Made by a program: the position numbers and the translations under genes. Positions 20,501 through 32,500 of a stretch of DNA of 64,000 nt are shown piece after piece. The stretch comes from a virus. Every line of letters begins with the position of its first letter. Positions within the stretch are counted from its first letter, which is position 1. The notes under the pieces are model-generated. The model saw only the letters and a program-made list of their open reading frames with translations. It was not told the origin of the DNA and did no database searches. The stretch is from positions 53,754-117,753 of IMG/VR virus record IMGVR_UViG_3300021962_000040; one strand, given 5' to 3'.

Positions 20501-23500
20501 GAAATCAATCAATTCTTAAATGAACTTGCAAAACTGGAAGTATATCCAGATCCAAAAGAAGTTGCTGAGTTTATGAGCAATGGTGATGTAGAAGTACTAA
20601 AAACTTTCTTCACTGAGAATGGTGTTGTCAATCAAGTATCTGATGAAGATATCTATAATGAGATTCAAGCCTTAATCAATATTTACAAATCAGCTGTAAC
20701 TCCACAAGCTACAGAACAAACTGCTGAAGAAAAGATTGATTCTAAAGAAAAGCAAACTAGAAAGAAAGACACTGCTGATATTTTATCAGAAGCAGATCTT
20801 GCTGAGGATACTCCTGAAGTAGAAATATTTGGTACAAAGGAAAATGATAATCCGGTTATTAAAGAGGTACTTGAAGAGAAATATAAAGAGTATGTAAACC
20901 GTCAAGCTAACTTAGGTCAAGTTCCTGTTCAAATGGATACTTGGGTTAATAGTGCTGAGGCAGCTAAGTATATTACTTCATATGAGGCTTTAAAGAAACT
21001 TTGGTATAAAGAACTTCAGAAGACTGGTGAGAAGGCTGAGGCAATTACTGGTAAGTTTAATTCTGATACTGGCTTTAAAGATTGGTTGCAGAAACAACAA
21101 ACCAATGACCTTGTTAGAAAGGTGTTGAAAAGCACAGAAACAAACTTCTCTGACTTTGTAGAAATAGAACAAGACTTTGAAGCAGGGGATGTAGAGGATG
21201 CTGATATTGGAGATGTAAAAGCTGTTGGTAAAGTAATAGACAATACTTTCAATAGTGTGCAGATTGTTGAGACTAAAACATCAATTGTAGATCCTGAGAC
21301 AGGTATGCCTGTTCCAGTTACTCTTTACTCTGTAAGAGATAAAAAGGGTAAACTATTGACTGAAGATAAAACATCTGCAGCCGGTGTATCTGCTGGTGCA
21401 ACATTTGATAATATCAATAAAGCTAGATCAGCTGCTAAGAAACTTGATGATGTATCAGTTGATACTACATCATTCCCATTTGGTGGAATGCAGGTTTCTT
21501 ATGGTGCAACTGTAACTGATAAAGAAGGTAACCGTTACATGGTTATTGGTACACCTGCTGAGGTTGAGAAAGGTAAAAAGCTTTTCTTACTTCCTGTAGA
21601 TGAAATCAAACCTGGTCAATCTAAACAAGATAGAAACAAGTTATCTAAGAAAGTAACTGAGGTAGAATTTAAGAATGATTTTACAGTAGATTCTTTCAAC
21701 TTTAGTAGAGTTCCAAAAGATGCTTCTAGACTATTGATTAATGAAGCTATTGAAGTTTATCCATTAGAAAATGGAATGGGTACTGCTGCAACAGAAGGTA
21801 TCTTAATGGCTAATGCTAGACTTCAAACTATTTTAGAAAACTTAAGTCCTGAAGAGAAAGCAACTCTTACATTGGTAATCAAAAGAAATCCTAATGGTGG
21901 TAAATCTACAGGTAAAAAATATCAGACAAGAGATGAGGAGGGTAACTTTAAAGAAGCAAACCCATACATTAATAGAGTATCTGAACCATTTGCTGTAGGT
22001 ATTGCTTTTGGAAATCAAGTTACTGCAAGTAGAATCAATCAGATTATATCTGAAAAAGGTATGGTCCCAAGTTCACATCCTGATGGGATATTTGCATTTG
22101 TAAGAACAGGTTCTATTCAGTTCTTAAATGATAAGAATCAAGTTGTTAATCCTTTGAATCTTACTAAGGAGATTATTGAGAATACCTTTACAATTTATCC
22201 TTCACAACAAGCAAATGCTGTTAACACAGTTGTTAACAATTTTGCAATTCAACAAGCTTTTGTTGATCAAGTTGCAGATAAGATGGAAGGACAGGATTCT
22301 GCAATTATTCCTATGACAGAATTTTCTGAGTTTGGATTTAATCTTGGATCTAGTGTTGATTTAAAGAGCAACCCAAAATCAGTTAAGGAACTTAAGTACA
22401 ATACAGTTGATGGTGTAAGAGTTCTTTTAATTAATGATAGATTAAAAGACGGGACTATATCAACACGTATTCTTGCTGACATTGAAGACATTGATGAGAG
22501 AGAAGCTTTTGTTGAGAAATTAAAAGGTGATCTTGCTATTTCACAACCCGGCTTATTTGAAAGCTTACAGAAGTCTCAGAGATATGTTGCTATAATTAAA
22601 ACTCCTAATGGTATTTATACAGGTGCTCCGCTTAAGAGTGAGAGACTTGATCAAAATGCAATTTCAGAATTAGGAAAAGAACTTGTTGCTGAAGGTATTA
22701 GAACTATCAATGCTAACTTAGAAGGTGACGGTTCTATTGAAACTAAAACTATAAAAGATAAAAACTTCAATGTTGAGTTTAACAAAGCATTTAATAAAAA
22801 GCTTTACATCACAACAAACATTGAAGGTTATACTGTTGAGATTAATGTTAACTCAGATGGTACCTTTAGAGCTGAGCTCTATGATAAAAAAGGTAAAGCT
22901 CTTATTGGTAGCTCATACTTAGCAGAGGGCCGTCAAGGAACTCTTGATTATGAAGGTCAAGAGAATCCTGATATCATAGAAAGATTATTAGATAATCTTC
23001 AGAAGAAAGGTATTGAGGCTAAGATCAAAGACATTGAAGCTCAAAAGAAAAAAGGAGCTAAAGTAGAAATCCCAGAGTGGACTAAGCTTAAGCTTTCTGT
23101 TAATAATGTAAGAGCATCTTTTGAAGAAGATGCTACTATTGATACAATTCTTGATAGCACAGTTACCAGTCTTAATGAAAATGTAAGAACTAATTACAAA
23201 CTAAGATTGAATGCTGACGCAAATGTAATTGCAGAAGCAATGTTATTTGCTTCTACTTCTACAGCAAATACTTTTGAAAATTTTGTTAATACGGGTGTTG
23301 TTCCTGAAGATGTTCTTTATGATATTGCTAATAAGATTAAAAATAATCAAACACTAACAACTGAAGAACAAGCAATCTTTACAGGTAAAACTTCAAGAAT
23401 TAATCAAATTCTAGTTGAACTCAAAAATGAAACTGCTGAAGAAGCTTATGACAGTGTTTTAGATATGTCAGATGAAGTATTTGAAGAATATGCTAAAGCA

Positions 23501-26500
23501 GACTTCAAAGAACTTCCTCTTGAGATGAAGCAGCAAGTTGCAAATAAAATTGCTAGAGGTGAAAAGCTTTCTACAAGAGAAGAAAGAATGGTGAAGAATG
23601 CTGTATCAGGACCAACCATTCAATTACTTGCAGGAAAAGCTCAAAGAGATAATAAAGTTGATGCTACAGCACAATCTCTTAAAACTGAATTGCAACAAAA
23701 CAAAGCAAGAATAAAAGAGATTGAAGCTGAGATTGACAATGCTGAACCTAACATGGTTAAAGCAAATGAGCTTATTGAAGATAATGAAGAAAGAGCTAAG
23801 TTAATTGCACGTAACAGGGAGATTGAAAGAAAGCTTCTTGCTAACAAGATCATCAGTGAAGAACTTACAGATACTGAAGTTGCTGGTATTGATGAGTTTG
23901 TATTATGGGCTAATGATAATTTGCCAGACTTTATTAGTATTGAGGATATTAATAACTTAAGAGACAACCTTGTTACCAATGGTGTAAGAGTTGGTGCTTT
24001 TGTTCTTTCTATGAATAACATTGCTGGAGGTATGAAAGTTAAAGGAACTTTGTATACTGGTGCTAAATCACCATACAAATTCCATGAGGCTTTCCACGGT
24101 GTGTTCAGATCTCTTCTTACAAATGCTCAACAAGATAAACTTTACAAGATTGCTGAAGCAGAAGTAAAGAGAAAACTTGGAAATAAATTTGAAGAAGAAT
24201 TAGAAAAGTTCAGAAATTCTGCAGACTCATATAAAGCTATGAGCAGAAAAGCTCTTGAGAAAGAGTTCTATGAAGAATACATGGCTGATGAGTTTGAGAA
24301 GTTCAAGAAGGATCCAAGATCTACTAAGACAGATTCTGCAATTAAGAACTTCTTTAACAGAATTATTGAGTGGATTAAATCTTTGTTTAACAGATACAGT
24401 CCTAATGAATTACAAGATCTATTTAGAAACATTGACTCAGGTAAATTTAAATCTGCTTCTCCAATCAACAATAGATTCACAGATAGTCTTGCAACAGGTG
24501 TTACTTTAAATGCCAATAAGATTATCCCAGTTGAATTAGTTGAAGGTGAAGGTGGTCAATTTGGATATAGAACTTTAGATAATGACTTTGCAAGAAGCAT
24601 TGTGTCTTCTATTTCTGCTAGAGTAATTATGCTTGAGCAAGAAAACAAAAATGCTAAGTTCAATTTGAAGCAAGCTGTTAATCAATCTTTTGCTTTATTC
24701 AAATCTTTATACAGTACTAAGAGAGAAGCATATAACTATATGTCTCTTACTGCAGATCAAAAAGGTAATTTAAGAGAGATTGAAAAAGCCTTTACAGACT
24801 TCTCTGATTTTATCAAGGATGCTGTATATGACGAGCTTAAGTATTACGAAATTAAATCAAGAAACATTGAAGAAGACAATGACGCAATGGATGATGAGGT
24901 TGGAGACAGACTACGTACAACAGATCAGTATGATAAAGATCTAACAAGTATTGGTGGTTTCTCTGCTTTGTCTTCTTTCTTGAGAAAATATATTGGTACA
25001 ACACCTATCACTGAAAAAGATGAGTTTGGTAATGATTATCTTATTGAACCACAGAGAGATGAGAAAGGTGAGATTGTTCCAGGCACTGGTGAGAAGTTAA
25101 TGATTACTGTAGATTTTGCTACAGCTTACAATGGTTTCTTAAAAGCCGTTAAGAATCTTAATGACCCTATTCAAATTTTGCAACAGTTATATTTCTTTGG
25201 TATTAATAACCCACAGACAGAAGCTGTTGTAAATAAATTATTTGCTGACTTAGGTATTCAATGGGAAGGTCAACTTGAAAATGGAGAGCTTCCTCAATAC
25301 ACAAGTGAAGTAATTGAAAAATTCAAGGCAGGTGAAATTATTACCGCTGAAGAATTAAATCAAGGTGTGAAAAGACCTTTATTATTACAAGCTGTATTGA
25401 AAGGTTTTGAAAATGCTAGAGTAGATTACTTATTCATTCACAGAAGTTCTGGAGATAAAGTATATACCTATACTGCTGCAAACAGAGATGATGCTCATAC
25501 ACAAGTTGATAGATGGGGACAAGCTTATATTCAAAAGGCTAAGACTCTAAGAACTAATGAAGGAGTTAGAACTGTTGTAGTAAATACTTTAGATAAATTA
25601 TTGAACAGACTTCAGTTTGTAGCGGGTGAAGGAACTACAAGTCAAAAAGCATTAAAGACTTTAACTGATACTAAGCTAAAAGAGTTTGCAGAACAAACAG
25701 CAAGAATTCTAGAAGAGAATGTAGGTATTAGCATTAGTCCTAAGTTCATTGAATTTAGTGTTGCTAAAAATATAGAGAAGCCTACAAGATATCAGAAGGC
25801 TTTGCTTAATGCAAATTCAGATGAAAGACCATTGAGCTACCAAGATGTTGTTGAGCTTAAAAAGATTATTGAAGCAAATCAAGATCTATATAGTGATTCT
25901 GAAGAAGGTGCTAAGAACAGACTTAGAAGAATTGCATTAGGTAATGCAGCCTTTGATGAGAACGTTGGATCATCTGTATTTAAGAACCCTAATGGAGACT
26001 TAGTTTATGCTCACCAATTACCATCATTCCACTTGAAGCAAATTCAATCATTGAATGATGTTGCAGGTGAGGGTGCTAAGATTGATGAGGTTAGAAACTC
26101 AGATGAATATTTATTGAATAACTTCTTGTTAAACAGTGAAGCTTTCAAACAGCTTTCTGCAGAAGGAAGATTAAGAATCTTGAGAATTGCCGGATCTAAA
26201 GTTGGTAATATAGACTTAGATGAAAATGGTTTGATGTCAGAAACATCTGGTGCTTCACCTTCTTCTGGTAAAACCTATGGTGATTCTACTCCAAGAGAGT
26301 TTATCATTAACTTGATTAATGCATACACCTACGCAATTGATCCATTAACTGGTAAAGTTGCAAGTGTGTCTTGGACTAAAGAAGATGGAACAATTGAACT
26401 AGCTGCTATTGCTCCTGTATTATTACGTGTACTTGAAGCATCTAATACAGGTGACATGATTGCTTTACCTGTGGTTAAAGCTGTGATGAAAAACAATGCT

Positions 26501-29500
26501 GGTAAAACTGTTCTTACAGAAACTGCAATAAACAGTATTGTAAACAATGTAGCTGCAGAGTTTGCAAGAATCCAAAAAGAATCTAATCCTGAGACAGCTA
26601 CTCAAGAATTGCATGTTGGTTACAATGCTCTTGCAATTCCTAATAGTGAAACAGGAACTGAAGAAATTATTCCTATCAATGTTGATAGCACTAATGTAAA
26701 TAAAGCAAGGGCCTTTAATTTCCATAAGACTGGAGTATTGTTAAATCCTCTTGGTCAAAAGAAAGAAAGCCGTCAAGGTATTGTTACAATTCAAACATCT
26801 GACATTAAGTTAGAGAGAATTCAAAAAGGAGAACAAACAGCTGTAGTCTATGACCAAAAAGCTGCTGAACAATTCATTGGTTTCACATCTGTTGGTGTTG
26901 TCAGAGATGCAATCATCAAAACTAAAGATGGAGAAAAGAATGTACCAATGAAGATTGTTGGTAGAGGTTTAGTTAGAGTAACTCCTGAAAACAGAGAAAG
27001 AATCTTTGAAGACCTTAAAGGTTCTATTTCCTTGATTAAAAATGATCAATTCAAATATGAGGTAAGACTTGGTACCAAGAAGTTCTATGTTGAATCTATT
27101 AATGAGCAACAGTTCTTACAGGGAAGAAAGCCTATGTATATGTATGAACTAATTGATGCTGAGCTTGCGGACTTTGAAGAGCAAACAGCAGCATTGATTG
27201 GTGGCTTTGATCAACAAGGATATCTTGATAAATTAACAGAAGCTGCACGTTCTCCAGAATATGCGGGTCTTACTTTCACAGAAGCTCTTACCAAACTTGG
27301 TATTAAAGAAGGTGAACTAAAAGCTTTCTTGGAAAACAGACTTAATCAAGAGTTCAATGAATTTAATATTGCATTGGATGAATTGATTGGCACTCAAGGT
27401 GGTTTAGGTACATTCTTATCTAATGGTATTCAAACTGGTAATGAAGCAGTAACTGCAGATACAATTAAAACCGGAAGACTTCTTAATATCTTACCTGAAG
27501 ATAAAGACTATAACCTTAGACAGATCTTCTTTAATGATTATATTAATACAACAGCAATCAACCAAATCTTATTGGGTGATAGTGCCTATAGTTTAAAAGA
27601 TGCTGTTGATGAGATTAAGAGAGCAAAAGCACAATCAGCATCTTACTATAGTGCTGCAAGTTCAATTGCTGCTCCTGAGTATGGTATTTACAAACCATTA
27701 CAAGAGTTCTCAATCTTTGAAATGACAGAACCTTCTGTTAATGCTACGCATAATCAAGGTGAAATCAAGAATGCAGATGCTCAGTTATGGATGACTACAA
27801 AAGCATTCCGTAATTTCCAGTACGGTTTTGGTAAACTTAGTCCTGCTCAAGCACAATTGTTTGATAGAGTTGAAAGAGGAGAGGATATTACAGCTGAAGA
27901 TATCTTTGGAACAGAGGAAGAATCTGGCTACGCTAAAAGACAAGAGATGCTTAACTCTCAAAAACTTGTGTATGCAGATGGAAAGACTTTTGTTAAGATG
28001 TCAGCATTCCCTCTTTTACCACAGTTTACTTCTATCAAAGATGAGAATGGAGAGTACACTATTCCTAAACCAAACAAGGTAGCTCTTCACAATTTAAGAG
28101 TTAAGCTTGAAGCATTTGAAAGAGAGAATGATACAGTTGCTGTAGCAGCTCCACGTTCTGCCTTGAAGATGATGCAGAAAAATGTATCTAACATTCATGG
28201 TGTTACAGGTACTGCCGCTCCTTTAACTAAACAACAATCAGTTACTCTTGATGCTAATTTCTTAGGATTACAAGTAATTAACCCTTCAAATAAAACAGTT
28301 ATCACTGATCCTACTCAAGTTAAATCACTTGTGACATCAGAACAAAATGATGCAACTGAAGTAGTAATCAATGGTGAAAAGTTAACTCTTGGTGAAGTAA
28401 GAGCTGCTTATCACAAAGCAACTAGAGATAGAGGTAACTTGAACTATATCAACAAAAGAAACTTGGTATTCTCTTTTGATATTGACTATGCAATGGATGA
28501 ACTTCATAAGAGTGTTAAAGAGAATGCAATTACTGCAGATCTATATACATACTTGAGATATGCTGAAGCTAGTCTTGCATCTAATGGTTCTTCAAGTCAC
28601 TTGATGGAATTGTTCTCTCTTGATGAATCAGGAAATCAAAAGTATAACTTGAATAATCCTCTTACTTATGATAAGTTCTTGAACTTGTTCATGAGCTATT
28701 TTAGTAAGAGTGTATTTAATGAAAAGGTTCCGGGTGCTACAATCTCTCTTGTTTCAGACTACGGTGTTAGAATTTACAGACGTGTTCTTTCAGTAGATGA
28801 AAATGGAATGCCTGATAAGCATGAGATTATTACTGAGGCTCAGTATGAAGCAATGGCTTCTAAGCCACAGATTTTATTTAATATTGACGAAGGAAGCTAT
28901 CCAGGTAATGATGAAAACTTAACGGGTCTTAAAGATGCTGTTAAAAAATCTAAAGGTGCCGGTGTTGTAATCATTGACCGTTTGAGACACAACATGAAAG
29001 AGTATAACTCAAAAGGAAAAGCAACTGGAGAAAAATATGGTGAGATGTTATTACCACCTCATCACAAAGAAGTAATGTCAGAACTTCAACAAAAAGGTAA
29101 GAGTATTCCTGATGTTGTTGGAAAGATGTTTGCTGTACGTATTCCTTCACAGGATAATCACTCAACCTATAACGTTAAGTGGGTTGACTTTATGCCTGCT
29201 GTTTATGGTTCATCTGGTGTATTTGCAAGAGAACTTATTGAGATATCAGGAGCTGACTTTGATATTGATAAGGTGTACACTCAATTCAAAGAGTTCTTTG
29301 AAAAGGGTGGAGAGTTCTTTGAATATGGTAAAGCCAAAACAGAAAAAGAACAATTTGAAGATTATGTACAATATGTAAATAAGAAAGTACAAGATACAGA
29401 TTCTATTTACGGTGAAGCTTTATACAAGTTCAAAGGAAGAGGTACAACTAATTCTTTGACTGCAGAACAAACACTTGGTGCAAGATCACAAGGATTTACA

Positions 29501-32500
29501 GAAGATGCAATCAATGCATTGTCAGTTCTTGGAATGCCACGTTTCTATGCTGAGTACTCTACCTATAGAAAGAAGTTTGGTCATGAACCATATGCAGCTG
29601 CAATCAACAATGATATTCTTGATTACAAGTTTGCATTGATGGGTAATGATAATGTTACAGAAAGAAAGCCTTTGTTCTTAGATAAGAATGGAAATACTAC
29701 AACTGTAAATACAGGTAAGCCAGCTCTAGATGAGAATGGTAAACAAAAGACAGCTGTTCCAATTTCTTATGAAGCTGCAGATATGGAAGTATTAAAAGAT
29801 CTTTGGGATGAACTAAAGACAGAACTTCCTGAATGGGCCGCATTATCTGAAGAAGAAGGTATTGATGTAGATAACCTTTATGGTAAGCTTAGAATGTTTG
29901 CTAATAACAAAGAAGGATCTAGATCAATTGGTGCTGTAGTATTACCTAACTTGTATTTGAACTTACTTCAAGAGTATGATGTCAAAATAGAAAGCATAAA
30001 AATTGCTGGTGAAGAAGTTATGCCTCAAATTAAATTTGGAGGTCTTACATTCAGCAGCTTTAAAAATACATATGAGTTATATGAGAATGGAAGTCAAGGT
30101 CAAAGAACTCAATATATCTTATCTGCTTTAATTACTGCAGCAACGGATAATGCCAAAGAAAGATTGTTGGCTAAGCTTGGTCTTAATATTAATGCCCTTT
30201 CTGTTGTAGCAAACTTAGTAGCTTTGGGTGTTCCAGTTAAGACTGGTGTACTTCTTATCAACCACCCTGTAATTAGGCAGGCTTACTTTGAAGAGACTAA
30301 CTCACCTGAAGATGAGCCAGTTACAGCGGCAAATATAATCAGAGATAGAATTGCATTATTACAATCAAGTTTCTTAGAGACTGAGGAACGTGGTAAGAGA
30401 ACTTCTGTTACTCAAAATGCTTTGATGCAATCTATTGAGGCTCCATTAATTAAACCTACAGCAACTGCTGAGGATATGGCTAACCTTAGAGAAAGCGGTG
30501 AAGTTGATAAGATAGATATCATTGAAGAAATTTCTATTCTAGAACAGTTCTTAAATGCTGCTAACTTATCTAACACTACAAGATACATGGGTGATCTATT
30601 AAATCTTACTAATGGATTAGGTCAAGGTCTTGAAGCAATTGATAAAAGAAATGCTGCAGTTGAAAAGCTGGGACTTAATCTTTCTAACAAAGACTACGCT
30701 GCATTAGGTGTTGATAAACCTATGATTGATGCTAGACCTATCTTTAAAGGTAATACATGGCAAGCAGGATATCTTGAAAGATTTGAAGAGTTCACCAATA
30801 ACTTATTACCTAAAGTTGTTCTTTCAGCAAGCCCTCTATTCAGAAGAGTTACTGATGAGATTGTATATCAAAGTACAATCAACAGCTTACCTTATGAGTT
30901 AAGAGATAGAGCTAAAACTAAAGTGGCAAAAGACTTTTTATCTTACTTAACTATTAAAGCTTACATGCATAATGGTATGGTAAATAATTCTCAGTCAGTT
31001 GCTACCTTAACAAATGGATTAATTTATAATCAAGAAGGTGTTGAGAATATCACTAAGGTTGTAGATAGATTACGTTCAATAGAAGACAATAAAAATAACT
31101 ACTTCTTGAATTCCTTTATTATTGCTGAGAAAGCAAGTCTTAAAGGTAACAAGACAGGTTTGAACTTGGCTAGTGCAAATACATTCCTGAGATACAATGA
31201 TTCTCAAAAGCTTGATATCCAAAATGGATTCATGACTTTATTTGCTAATCCATTGACTAGAGAAGATGCAAGAACATTGGTTAACTATATGATGGTTAAA
31301 GATGGTCTTCAGTATGGTTATAAATCACTAGTAGAAGCGGTTGCTCCAATTGCTCTTGACAATTACTTATCACATATTGATACAGTACAAGCTGCAATGG
31401 AAAGAACTGATGACGCAATATTTAAATCTACCTTTGGTGTTACCTTAGATGATTTGGTAATTCAATTCATGCAAGGCTATTTAACATCAGCTGCAAATGC
31501 TTATGTTATCAAAAGAGTTAAGGCTGCAATATATGCACCTGAAACTAAAGGTATCTTGGTTGAACCAAAAGTATACACAAAGAATCTTGCTGCTGCAAAT
31601 CCAGAAGCTATCTATGTATTTGGTGATAACGTTGCAAAGCAAGGTAGTGTAGGAAATAGTTCTGTTAGAGGTTTAGAAAATGCCTTTGGTTTATTCTTTA
31701 AGAAAGATCTAAATAGAACTGAGTCTTCTTACTATACAAATGCTGAAGCTGGTGACTTCATCACAATATTTGATGAGCAAGTAGAGCAATTAACAAATAT
31801 GATTGCTGAAGGAAAACAAGTTATTTTCCCTAAAGACTTCATTACAACTCCTGAACTTGCAGACTTTAAAAAGAATAGCCCGGCTGTATTTGAATATGTA
31901 AAGGCTAAGCTTAAGCAAGATCTTAACTATAACATTGATCCTAAAGCAAAACTTACTGCAGAAGAGAAGAAAGAAAAAAGAGTTGCAGATCCTGCAATAC
32001 TTAGAGCTCCTGTACATGTTAATGCTTCAGGCTTGGTACCTAGATTGGTTGTAGACTTGTATGCTGGAATCACTAAAGTAGAGAGAAATGAAGCTGTATC
32101 AGCAATTAGAAATACTCCAGCTGGTTCAAAGCTTACTAAACAATTGGCAGATACATTCTCAAGAAATAAGAAGGCTTTAAGAAAAGCAGGTTTTAGAAAT
32201 CTTATCAACTTGAAAAAAGGTTCTGACTATCATACTGAAGTTGAATTTCCAATGGTAATCAGACAGAATGTTGGATCAGACTATAAAGCTGAATACAAAT
32301 ACTACATCCTTACTAAAACTCAAAGCTTGTTCCCTAAAGCTAATCTGATTAACTTTAATAACAAAGCTGTTGGTAGTTATGCTGAATATGTAGAGGTAGA
32401 TATCAAAGGATCAACTTCACAGAATCCAATTGGATTTATGTTTGGTGAAAGACCTACAACTAAAGAATTAAGAAACTTTGTTAATAGTGTTAACTCAAAT

